64,000 nucleotides of DNA from assembly GCA_002633005.1 (NCBI GenBank), contig NMRA01000438.1, positions 62,001-126,000 of the forward strand, written 5' to 3'. Under the pieces are notes generated by a model. That model ran no database searches and was not told the DNA's origin. It saw only the letters and a program-made list of their open reading frames with translations. This DNA comes from Phoronis australis (Eukaryota > Animalia > Phoronida). Of this stretch, positions 26,621-39,360 are shown piece by piece. The stretch's first letter is position 1; each line of letters opens with the position of its first letter. The position numbers and the translations under genes were made by a program.

Positions 26621-28796
26621 ACGACTGACGAGCACACTGCCTCGGCGATTGAAACTAACCGGCCGCGACTAGCAGGTATAAGCTACATTTCGCCCTGTTT
26701 AGCAAGCTAAAAACGAAAATCGAATTTCGCATTTAGCTGTCTCATACTCCCTTCCGTGATAGTATTCTGTTCTCTTTACCCACAAGAACGTTGAAACCAT
26801 CAGACAAAAATCTTCCAAGAGCCATCTATACAGGAAAAATTGCAACTTAGGTAGCCTTCATGGACCTCGGCTGTTTCTCGGATAGTCTAACCCAAAGTGG
26901 ATTTTTCAGTGTCTTTTGACTTTGGCTTTTAGCCTGCTCTCGAGCACTCTGCCAATTTCTGCCTTTTGGCTTCGATTTGTAGATAAATTTTCTGATTTTT
27001 AGCTTTAGTTTCCTTTCATGAAACAGCGGGCTAAGCTATCCGAAGGCCGATTTTTAGCCAAAGGACAAATAAAGACTTTTCGAGAAAGTGCCACCTGGTC
27101 TGAAGGATGACGACTTGCTAGTTATTCGCAAGTCTGTAAACCATTTACAATCTGAACAAAAAACGAGATAAGACTGATTTTACAACAGTGAGGGACCTAA
27201 ATAAAAAGTTGATTTGCGACAGAAATCGGTGCCTGAGCATGCGCACACCCAACCTTTAATATGGGGGGCTCGAATTTCTAGCGATGTGGACCTTTTGCTG
27301 ACAAAAATGCCGGAGGACCAAAAGAAAAAAACGGGGTACCACCTTCACTGTGCGCCTGCACCTTATTAGTGGACTCTTGTCTCGTTTTCTCGGACTGTTT
27401 TTTTCTCTGAGGCGGACCTTTTTGCCCACTTCGCCAAATGGGGGTGTTCTGTGGAATCAATGGACCCCGAGACGTTTGACCAGCAGTAAAAGTGAGATGC
27501 CCAGACTTGCTCTGGAAAATCGTTGATGCGTTTGNGCTCGTTCGAGCTCCCCTCCCCCCTCCCCCACCCGAGAGCGCGCATGCTGAGTTCATTGTCCTTG
27601 ACAGCCTAAGTCACCAAGTGTAAGGTTCAACGTCGCCAAAAGGATACGGAAACGAGCATTGATATACAGCTTGATGAAACTACTGCAGATTTCAACTTCA
27701 TGCTTACATCTTGTGGAATCAATTGGAAAAACTGTCATTTCTGCTTCAAGACGTCAGGAAAACTACACGCTTCTTGAGGGCGAATACTCCTGAATGATTA
27801 CATCTACCAGCCGAGAGCTGCTTGAAAGTGACCCGGTTTCCCGTAAACAACATAACGTGACAAGACCGCGGTTGCGCAGACACTGAAGCTAAGCTAATCT
27901 TTCATCGACACAAGTCATTACACTCGTTCCCAGACGAATTGATGTTCGAAGTCAAAACACGTCTTTCCGAGGTTGAAGCCAAAAAAACAGTTTCTCGCTC
28001 ATCAGACCATGACGTTTTTAAAGAACTGCCGCGCTTTTGCATCGTAAACAAAAATAAACGGAATTCGGGACAAGGGGACACGATCACGGGGAATGGCTAT
28101 AATAATTCTATTTTTAACGAAAAATGTTAAGACTCAGTGTGCGAAAAGTGACGGTCTATAACACCTGAAAAGCAAGGAATTGTGGCCATAAATATGTCTG
28201 CGTGTATCTATACTTCCTGACAGTTGGCGAAGCATTTGTTTCGACAGAAGCTAAACAGACGAAGAAGCAACAGGACCTAAGAATAAAAATGACTCATCCC
28301 TCAATGCGCGAGGTCTCGGTCTATTAACTCGCAAGACCTTGGATGCAAACATAAAGTCGTAAAAATAACTCATCAATCTTTTTCGTCATCTACATTTTTA
28401 AACGTGGCAAAATGAGGTGGTTTCCTAAAGAATCTTGATTCCCGTGTTCTATTCGTCACGTTCATTATACACACGGTGCCCACCAACGCGCCAACCTTGT
28501 ATTGCGACGTCCTAACAACACGTTGCATACATTTACTTTGTGTTCAGCCATTTACAAGACTGAATTGTGAACCGTGACCTAGTCTATTTTGTGGCTTCAG
28601 AACTGCTCTTGTAACGTAAAATGCATTACCGAGAAACTATTCGGTGCTCTATGAGTCAAAATCAAAACAAACATTACTTAAATTTTATGAAGAACTTTTG
28701 GACCTGGATGACAAGTTGCTTGAAAGATGTCCAGAAAACAATGGGGTACATTTGAGTGATTTCGCTCACACGAGGGCACTACGGACCAAGTCAGGT

Positions 28797-28945
28797 CATA
28801 GGCGGCGCAGCATTAAAAAAAAGGGGGGGGGCTATAGCCCTCAACCACCCTGTGGTGCACCACCCATAGATCATGATGGGCGGCGCAGCACTGAAAAAAG
28901 TGAGGGCTATAGCCCCCCCCCCATCCCCCTATGGTGCGCCGATGC
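28797..28945. mobile_element. Mini-MITE family B, two tandem copies
   Basis: GGCGGCGCAGCA...GGCTATAGCCC...TGGTGC occurs twice. Confidence 0.75.
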
Positions 28946-29138
28946 AGATGCGGGTAAATTATCGCGTTAACGACCGTGAACGTTTGCAACAAAGCATCAA
29001 CACTGAATGCCTGCCCGACCCGATGTATGTACACATGTATCGTTATTTCGTGCTATTAGAAAAGGAAACACGAGTAACGGGCTGGATTCATTACATTCCA
29101 AGTTAAGTAGGACACTTAATTTTTACTGTGTTTATGGC

Positions 29139-29225
29139 AATAATAATAATAGTAATAATAACAACAATAATAATGATAATAATAATAACAATATAGATAA
29201 CAATAACAATAGTAATGATAATAAA
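29139..29225. repeat. Imperfect (AAT)n microsatellite
   Basis: Directly visible. Confidence 0.9.
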
Positions 29226-29502
29226 ATATTTCAATATTGGTACATATATTTTGAGGATGTACTAGGTTTACTTACAGTAGCAACAGAGCTACTTTTGGAA
29301 AATAATACAGCGACTGAATGGTTGGATTTTTGCAATAGTATAGGTGCAGTTGTCATTTTTCTGTTAATTCCAGTTTTTGTGACAGAAGAAAATATCTATT
29401 AACCGGATATATCATGTACACTGGCGCTCTAGTAAAAGCGATACACATGACGTCTTCGATGTTTACACAATAGTTGCGTATGAATGGTTGTTATAAGTCC
29501 AT

Positions 29503-29652
29503 CAGGAATGGATCAAGATTTTGAGTTGAGGGGGCAGGGCAGAGTATTAGCTAGGATTTCCCCGTTAGACATTCATACCCTCGAACTGCCAAATGGAATC
29601 TGGGAAAATTTTAGGGGGGGGGGGGAGCATGGCCCCCTTAAATCCACCACTG
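29503..29652. mobile_element. Degenerate MITE of the CAGTGGCGGATC type
   Basis: CAGGAATGGATC ... AATCCACCACTG ends with internal G-runs. Confidence 0.4.
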
Positions 29653-32390
29653 GTCATCACTAGTTTGTTGACCACTCTATTGTCTTTAAATAGATGAAAT
29701 GTGTAGATATTTTCTTGGTTAATAATGACTAAAAATTGGTATTTGTTGCGGCAGAGACATGTTCATTTTTTAAAAACACGCATCTGATCTACCGTTACAA
29801 GATAACATTGAATGACATGAGATGAACAGACTATCGAATGCCTTGGTTATCTCCTTTTTCTTCATATCATTAAACAGTGTTGATTAAAACGAACGTATCT
29901 CTGTTATTCTAGATAAACTGGACAATCCAGATAGTCCTAGAAATGCATCAGCAACACAAGGAAACATAAAATTTAAAAATTCAAATGCAGGCACACGTCA
30001 GAAAACAAAACTACATGTTACATTCAAGGTACACTTGAAAAGGTGAAATTGTTGATATGGCGTCACTGTTACAGGACACCAAGTGGAGTGATATCGTTGT
30101 CTTTATTACGTGGATATGCCTCATGAAATGGCAATGTCCTCTTGTAGACCACAGGACTACCTCAACCACTTCGGTAATTTATGTAACAAGGGCAAAAATT
30201 ACACATTTATCCCTTTTTAATGAGAAAGAGCGACTTCAGTAGTATACAAAAGTATTTATATTTTGACACGATACGCCGCGTAATTTTGTTTGACACGAAC
30301 TCACAGTTATGCTTTCATGTATCTACACGTACAAACTTTGCGCAGAGAAATGTACAGCTATTCATATTGCTATTTCTACAGGTTCAAAATATGGTTCATT
30401 TGCAAGTGTGGTATTATTTTCTGCAAGCAAATAACATATGAGACTGTTTCCAGTTACAACTAAGTGTGCATGTATGCATATCTGTTGACCTATTTTCTAA
30501 AGTTTTATTGCGCATGTGTATATGGGCTTTTGGTTGACTGTCAGAAATCTAAAACAAATCCTTTTGAAAACTTGTTCCATTTGAAAAAATCGATGACACG
30601 TTGAAAAGGCATCATTAAACAAGACGGTGTTTTTAATTAGCAGGCTGAGAAACATGTTTTGAGGTTTTTATCGAAAATGTAGCATGCAAGTGATGATGGA
30701 TCTAGACGTATAAATAAAACTAGACGTATAAATAAAAAAACACACTGATGGGTAGTTCAGTCAAATACATAAGACAGAAAACCTGAACGCTATTCTAAGT
30801 GCATATACATTCATTCGTAATGCCATCCTCTGGAACGTTTGAACGAATCTGCAAAACAATTACTGATTAATCCTGTTTTTATTAACACCGGTGTCACTGC
30901 ACTCTACATATCATAAACAACGAATTAACAAAAATACAGCAAAGCACGCGATTTGTGGATTAATATAACAAACACGTCACCGAACAAAACGAAATTATTT
31001 TTAGGTAGCCTTAAAGTTTATCTATGTTGTGTATTTTACTGTAACGTTCTTGAGCGAGAAGAGGTTCCGCTTCACCAATTGGCCCTTCTGCAAATACTTC
31101 TGGCAATGCGTGTACTTTTTATCCAGCATTTCTGAAAACATTTTTTTACATTAGCTGATTCAAGTCATTCACGTCTTACCACCTAAGCATACTTTTCGAT
31201 TTTGTATGCTTTTCCTAACGCGGGTGTCTGAAACGCATGGTTTGGGTCCTGCGCATATCAGGGGCTTCGCCTCGTAGTCACAGTGACAGGGTACCAGGAG
31301 AAGGTGAAAAATTGTGGCGACGGAGGGGGGGAGGGGTGAGTGAGTAAATAGATTGTGACAATCAGGGGCAGCTCACATTATCAAGATTCTCTGGACTCCT
31401 TGTAACCTATTGGGTGTCCGAGGAATCCCGCAAACCCGGAATCTGGCCTCCATGTATTTGAATGAAGCACCGGAGAAATTCACGGGGCCCGTATGCTGGA
31501 TTATGCAGCAAGGGCAAGTTCACTATCCTCGGCCTGGTACACTAATACTGCAGACTGTATCATATCATTGTGTTTAGCAGAAAATCTCGACTTGTGACGG
31601 CAGGCGGGCACCCACCTCCGCGGAAAACGTCCAGCCCTTGAATATAGATGAACATCAACAACAACATTGTTGAAGCTACTGGTACTGCTAACTACAATGA
31701 TAGCCTGTCTCCTGATTCAAAGCGCCTCACGTGGCATCGGGGCCGTATCCGGCCCAACTTCGCCCGAGTGGTGTTTGCGTAGATGACGATCGTGCAGACG
31801 ATAAGAGGAGGCTTTATGTTATTTACCAGTATTGAACGTGCTTGGTGGCTACACCAAAGGGTATCGAGGGAGTATAGAAGTGAATGTCTATACCTAGGCA
31901 TAGAACTCTAGTCCTATGACCTAAGTAAGCGAGAGAGCTCCCAGAAAGTAGTGCGGTGTGAATGCCATAAAATATACTAAGAAACAAAACCGCCGATGTT
32001 TGTTGTTCTGCTATTTCGGTATAATTGTTAGAATATTACGGTAAAGTGCAGGCATTTTCAAATTTCGAATTCAAATATGTAGCCTAAATATGTTATTCAT
32101 CCAGTGTCCACTTTGATTGTGGATTGGAGGATTGACATGCATACGTGTACTCGTGTGCCAAATTCAGTACACGATGACGATAAGTTCACTACAGGCAGTG
32201 CTCCGTCGTGCTCAAAAACCAGACATTTAACTACCGTGTTTTCTTGCACTGAAAACAAAAACCTGACGAGCATGTTCACTTTATTCGGCAAAACTACGCC
32301 TAGACCTCAACTCAACTGGTCAATGAAGAAAATGTTCTCTTGTCAATCAGTGTCAATGGTGCACAGCCCAGCAAACTTCATAGCAAGCAA

Positions 32391-33119
32391 GGTTACATGT
32401 CACTATGCCAAAGGTTCACTACTCCGAAGGCCAACTACTCCGGAAGGTCCAGTACTCCGAAGGTTCACTACTCCGAAGGTTTGCAACCTTCGAAAATTCA
32501 TTTCTTCAAATTTCCACAATTCCGAAACCAGAACTTCGACAGTTCGTCACTCTGATTGTCTGCTCACGACTCTTGCTCAACTGCAGCGACAAAATCTGGG
32601 GCACCGGCGTCGGCAGGGCTGCGGTGACCAAGCGGTTCTAAATTTAAGAGGACCGAATGGGACACTCTGACATCGTGAAGACTAGCAGGGACAGGGTGGG
32701 CTACTGACTACATTTAGTTTCGACTCTACCTTGCGCATGGTTCCTGGGTGAGGTTGAGACGCAGGGGCCCTTAACTTTTCAATCGCGCTGCGATGCGATC
32801 TTGACATGGGTTTGATGAATGCGTGGTTGATAATTCATCAATATTCCTACTTCACATTCTTCTAAAAATACAAGTACGTACTCATTTCGTATTCGTAAAA
32901 CACGCATGCGCATGAAATCCAGACAAAGTGTTTTTAGTACCAGGGCATTGTTTTCCGTAAATAAGGTACACCACTCAGTGCATCTAATAACTGAAGTATC
33001 GTTTATTTTTGCTCGTATGAAAATTACACCCGAGTCCGAAATTTTAAATGTTCAGAGCAGTGAACCTTCGGAGTAGTGAACCTTCGGAGTAGTGAACCTA
33101 CGAAATAGTAGGGTGTTCC
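32391..33119. mobile_element. Element with inverted subterminal 16-mer arrays
   Basis: (GAAGGTTCACTACTCC)n at ~32410-32479 and its reverse complement (GGAGTAGTGAACCTTC)n at ~33055-33110. Confidence 0.7.
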
Positions 33120-34690
33120 TACTTCCAGCGATGTAAGCAAGTTAAGTAACACATAAAAAATACAACCAGATAAACAATTTTACCAAGTCATTCTCCGACT
33201 TAACTTAACATTTCCATCCGAGTATGTAACCTAGTGAGGTGTAATTGAAATTTTGGCAGGAGGTAACGCGAGAACGTTCTTTTTCTGGACCACATTACAT
33301 CCCAATTTGAGTCCCGTTCTTTGTGAGCAACCGTCACAGCATTCTCATTCCTGGCATTACAAATTCCGTCTCATCTTGGAAACATGGAGTTGTGAGTCAT
33401 CGTTGTGTGTACAGATTTCCTTTCCCCGTAATTAAGCTGCGTCAAGGGCCTCATCGAAAACTACAGTTTCGACATTTGCAAAATATCAACGGTCCACCGT
33501 TCTAGAAATTCGAACCATTCTCCCCCTAAATGCTGGCTACGAGCCTGGACTTTCAAAAAACAGATGTCCCGATTAAATTCCCTGGTTCTTCTTGATTTTG
33601 CTACGAAGAAATAGTGATGAACGTATCGTTCAATTTAATGATTATACCACAAAATCAAAATGTTTTGGTAAACAACAGTAAACAAAGAATTCGTTGGTCT
33701 ATTTATTTAAAAGAAAACGCGTATCTGTGGTCGCAACGGAAAATGATCCTCGAAAAGGAACGAGCCAACTCTCACGTAAACTAGTTTCCTCTTCAGACTT
33801 AGTATTCAGTGCATAAAAAGACCAATAAATCAACGAAGGCGTTGCTATGTATACAGAAAGANGTTCGGAGCAGTGAACCTTCGGAGTAGTGAACCTTCGG
33901 AGTAGTGAACCTTCGGAGTAGTGAACCTTCGAAATAGTAGGGTGTTCCTAGTTCCAGCGATGTAAGCAAGTTCAGTAACACATAAAAAATACAACCAGAT
34001 AAACAATTTTACCAAGTCATTCTCCGACTTAACTTAACATTTCCATCCGAGTATGTAACCTAGTGAGGTGTAATTGAAATTTTGGCAGGAGGTAACGCGA
34101 GTACGTTCTTTTTCTGGACCACATTACATCCCAATTTGAGTCCCGTTCTTTGTGAGCAACCGTCACAGCATTCTCATTCCTGGCATTACAAATTCCGTCT
34201 CATCTTGGAAACATAGAGTTGTGAGTCATCGTTGTGTGTACAGATTTCCTTTCCCCGTAATTAAGCTGCGTCAAGGGCCTCATCGAAAACTACAGTTTCG
34301 ACATTTGCAAAATATCAACGGTCCACCGTTCTAGAAATTCGAACCATTCTCCCCCTAAATGCTGGCTACGAGCCTGGACTTTCAAAAAACAGATGTCCCG
34401 ATTAAATTCCCTGGTTCTTCTTGATTTTGCTACGAAGAAATAGTGATGAACGTATCGTTCAATTTAATGATTATACCACAAAATCAAAATGTTTTGGTAA
34501 ACAACAGTAAACAAAGAATTCGTTGGTCTATTTATTTAAAAGAAAACGCGTATCTGTGGTCGCAACGGAAAATGATCCTCGAAAAGGAACGAGCCAACTC
34601 TCACGTAAACTAGTTTCCTCTTCAGACTTAGTATTCAGTGCATAAAAAGACCAATAAATCAACGAAGGCGTTGCTATGTATACAGAAAGA
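33050..34690 (+). repeat. Near-identical tandem duplication, 33050-33861 and 33863-34690, joined by a single N
   Basis: 829 bp offset; a handful of substitutions and one extra 16-mer unit; probably uncollapsed haplotypes. Confidence 0.9.
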
Positions 34691-35869
34691 AGGGACTGAA
34701 TATCACAAAAGCACTGACTACGTAAAAATGACAAGCTCGTGTCACGTTGACAATTCATTGCAAGCTTAACAGATTTTAACACAATTGTTTCTTCTTTTCG
34801 GTATTACAAATATTCTGTGTCTGCCAATAGGGTCTTTCACACCGTTTCAGCGTGAACCCTAATCATGCAAAGCGCTAGTCTGTGAGACGCCCAAACCGTG
34901 GGAAACCGCAATAGTGGAAGGTGTGGGTTGCGATGACAGTCGCTCTTGTCAACGATTGTAGAAGCTTGGAGCGCTATGAACAGACTAAATTGCAATATTG
35001 AAAGTGTTTTTCTGCCACTGAAACAGGATTCAACCTGCTCACCGGGTATGTTTGGGGTTTGTTCGCAAAGACATCAAAGCATTTTCTTTAAGTTATTATT
35101 ATTCATAATGTATTGTTTATTCCTAACATTTATTTTGTGAATTTTTTAGTTTGGGTACGGACCACCACGGAAATAAGTATATAACTTTTTGGTGTTATCC
35201 AGATAGTGTACATAATTATTATTATTTATATCTTGTACCTATTACTGTATTTATTATTATTATTATTATTATTGCAATTATGTACATTACCTAATAAACT
35301 ATTTATAAGTTACAATTTAAAAAAACGATATGTCAACTGCTCGCTACATAGCACATCTACCTTAGAGAGAAAAGGTGACCTTTGACCTCAAGCGACTTCA
35401 AGCAAACGACTGGGAGCGCATTAAGTGGGAGAGAGGAACTCTGTGGTAACCACAGATTTCCTTCACGCCTTTTTCAAAAATCGTGAATTTTGTGATTTTT
35501 TCTGGAAATTTCGTCACAGAGAAAAGTGAATTACTCTGTACTAGAAGGTGCGAGATGCTACTTTCGTTTGGAATAGTTTAAAATATATTTTGACGAGCTT
35601 TCGCGTTCTACACCTCTTTAAGCATAGTGCTTTTAAAAAACCAGGGCTCTAAGCTATAAAATTTGCTAGAGGTCATCAATGTATAAGGAAAGGAAATGTT
35701 TGTAATTGTGCCTCTGTATCATTATTACTACAGAAAAACTGTACTTTGGGCCAATGACCTTGAATATTCGAAATAAATAAACATCTGCCTCGTCGTTCTG
35801 ATAAAAACTAAGGTTATGCAAACTTTGTTCACAAATCTCTGTATTTAACCAAATGCATAAAAAGTGCAG

Positions 35870-38800
35870 ATTTTAACTCATTCAAAAGTACACATTTTCT
35901 GAAAATAGAAAGCCCGTAAATATTGATATTTGACTTTTTGCCAATCTGCCATTAATTGGGTCGTGTGATCCCATGTTTTTGAGTAAAATTTAGCAAAAAA
36001 GAAAGGTACACTTATCGTAAAACAACGGTAAAAATAAAACAACCAACTTTTGTTTAACATAAATGTTCAAGGTGAAGTTTATAAAATGCTATTCCAGTTT
36101 TCTAAATAATCATTTCATGTTGTTTTATTCGGGTTTTGAGATTTTTTACGAAAAGCCAAACAAATTTGTTTTTGATAGGCCTTATGCAAAAGTGGACTGT
36201 TTTGAAAACAATTCCCAATATGCTTTTGGAAAACATCGCATTGAACATGATATAAAAAATTAGTGTGAACTCGATCAGCCATTGCTGAGATGAGGTTCTT
36301 AAGCTGGTTAAATTTGGACATTTTCTATGGACCTACACAATCTTAAGTTTTGTGCAAGTTTGTGCGACCGACCGTTCACTGTCATACCTGCAGCCACCAG
36401 GTCATTCGAATAGTTCGGTGGCTGCAGATGTTTTGGCGGACGACGAGACTCCTTCGCGAACGATTAAACTTCCACCCTGTCATACCCGACCTTTTTTAAC
36501 AGTAGCCAACGTCTTAATGCGAAACGGAATTTCTGATAAACGGAACTGACTTAGGCTACTTTTTAAAAAACGTCAATATTTTGGGTCAGATTAAAAAATG
36601 TTTGTTGTTTGTAGGTATTTATAACTCAGGTAAACTCCCAAACTTCTCGGATTTTGTTGAAAGTGCAAATATTGCACGAAGTGACAAAGTCTATTTTTCA
36701 TTAGTACCCTTGACAATTTTAAACACAGTTCTATGCGAAAAATGCGCGAATTATTCGAAACGACTTCAGTTACAGTTTGTGGCAAATCATTTCGACTTAC
36801 GTGTTTTTGGCAATTCAAAACACTTAGTTTTCTTCATCGATAAAATTTATTTGCAAAAAGTGCGCACTTATTTTCACAGCATATATTGCCGAGGGAATAA
36901 CTTGTCTGAGATTTTAATAATTTACCACAAACATCATCTATTCGTAAATACATTTACTTAGAAATTGTTTTAAAATAGATTTTGATTGATGGCATTTCCG
37001 TCATTGGTGTAACATTGGGCAGAGTTATTTTGTCTGGCGTACGCACATGCATGTATTTCAGCTAAAACAATAATGTTATTACTATTTTAATGCATTCGAT
37101 CAACGAAATTTCATTTAAAAATGTATTAGAAAAGCTGCCCAGGTACTCAAGTTCACAACAAGAGCGTATAATGCAGACACAAAGCAATTCACTGGCAAAA
37201 CATGTTTTCTAGAAAAACAACTTATTCAGCAACTTTTCATAGCACTGTGTTCAGTAAGCATACATTTTGTTTCTTACCGGGAGAATGTGTGCTCTGGAGC
37301 ATACTTTCAGTCGTCAAAACCCTCTGGTTTACCTATGTTCAACCACACGTGTTTTAAGTACTAAGATATTGTTATGAGGTTTCGTGATTTCAAGGCAGGG
37401 TCCGTTCGTGTAATGTGCCGAGCTCTTTGCTGTAGCTTAGTTGATGATCCGGCAAACGTAAAAAGTCCACACACATTTTTAGGTTTAAGTCTGCACCCAG
37501 TGCAAACACTCAACCAAAACCTGGTCCATCAATACAGTGGTCAGGGGAATTTTGCAGATATTTCGCCATACAAGCAGACGATCTTTCCCGCCGACTAAAG
37601 AGAACCAACGCGCCATTTTCACATGCACGCGCAACTTTCAAATTCTAGTGTAGCTAAACCCCAATAGTCTGAATCGTTTTCCAGAGTAGCTGATAGTTTC
37701 GTAGTTCTTTTTGGCTACGGAATATTACGGGATCAGTTTTATTAGAGTAAAAGGTCTAATTCGATTTTTCTCTATTTTAGCCAGCTCTACAAAGCGAATC
37801 CAGGTTTAAATACACTTTACCATCGCCATTTCCTTTCTTGACCGCTTTAAGTTCATAAGCACTTATTTCTTGTATATTAATAAGCATGAATGATCCTCAT
37901 GGTAACATCTGTTTTAAAAATAAGCAAATGAAATTTTAACTGTGTATACTGTATTTTTTACAAACGCTTAGAATTTTTTTTCGTGTATTAGTCTTAAGTT
38001 TAAACTATCATGAATACATACACAAAACGTGCCGAGAGTGGCGTGCATGAAGTAATATCCCACGAGACATTATTCCGCGTATCGACCGAAACCGAAGGTC
38101 GAGGTATACAGTATACGCGGAATAAGGTCGAGTGGGATATTACTTCTTGTACGTCAATCGAGGTACGTTTTGTATTTATCCCATACGGTTCGAATTCTTA
38201 AGTTTCTTACATTTTTTCGCCAGGTTTTTCAAATATTTAACCCAGACTTGTTCACATGGCGGATCACATCCTATATGTATGTACTTGCGCGTTAGGTTGC
38301 AAGTTTTCTCTTGTAAAATAAAGAGTTTTAAAAGTAGCGATTTATTTCTTGAAAAGAGGTAACAAAGATGAAAACAACGGCAACTGTGCAGTGAACTTGT
38401 AACATCTCCTGGAACTAGTAATAAAACAACATTTGTTATTTTAGTTTCCTAGGAATCGGCACCTGAGTTGCAGACGATATAGTATTCAGCAATTGAAAAC
38501 TGAGACATAATTATGTCTTATGATTAACAGTTTTGTTCCAGATCTTACGTATAGGGCCTGGTTACATGGCGAGTGTTAGTTACACTGCAGCAACTGTGTT
38601 ATTTTAAACTAAATTCGGAAAGTTTGAGTATCTAATCGGCTGAAGACGTCGAGTCGACATATGACCTACCTTTTGAGCTTTCCATGTCAGAGGTCACTGT
38701 TGAAGTAGTGCGGCAGGTGAATAAGGAAAACTTTATTACATGACCGTATTTCCCTCAACAGATTCAACGCCTATGGGATAAAAATTAATTCTTGACTCTC

Positions 38801-39360
38801 GATCACTAGAAAATGACTACCTTGTGCTTGACGCTAATGCACCCTAACAATATTTTCACCCACTTTCCTTTTTAAGCTGATGTAGGTTCCCCGAAAAATA
38901 GCCAAATTCGGAAAACTTAGTTACATGATATCTCAGAAATGGCTGATCGCACTCAAATGAAATTTTCAGACACCATACTTTATGCACGGTTCCCTAACCA
39001 CTATTAGGTATTGTCTTGAATGCTTCTCACTTTTGCGTGAGGGGCTATCAAGAATAAGGCTTTCATGATTTTTATGAAACAAAAAAAAACAAAAGTGACA
39101 TAAAAAGAAATGATAATTTAGAAAACTGTAACAGTGGTTTTGAGATTTCATCTTGTGCATTCAATTACATCAAACAGAATTTGGTCATGTTATTGACATC
39201 GTTGTTTTGCTATGGATGCTCCTTTGTTTTTATAAATCTTACGAAAAAACATGATCACATGATCCAGCTAGTAGCAGATTGGTATAAAGTCAAAGGCCGC
39301 ATACTACAGGATTTCTACTTCCACAAAATACATACTTTTAAGAAGTTATATAAAAGCGGG
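35870..39360. repeat. Old inverted repeat pair of ~450 bp (about 35870-36320 and 38900-39360)
   Basis: For example TTTGACTTTTTGCCAATCTGC..GTGTGATCCCATGTTTTT versus AAAAACATGATCACAT..GCAGATTGGTATAAAGTCAAA; visibly diverged. Confidence 0.65.
38013..38783 (+). mobile_element. Hairpin / internal-complementary-region element, copy 2
   Basis: Matches 20079-20815 and retains an extra nested hairpin TTATTCCGCGTAT...ATACGCGGAATAA. Confidence 0.85.

Noticed and set aside
29007-29402. Poly-Asn ORF with a hydrophobic tail
   Set aside because: Driven by an (AAT)n repeat; no splice or homology support
32410-33940. CRISPR-like appearance of the 16-mer arrays
   Set aside because: No unique spacers, no cas genes, eukaryotic context
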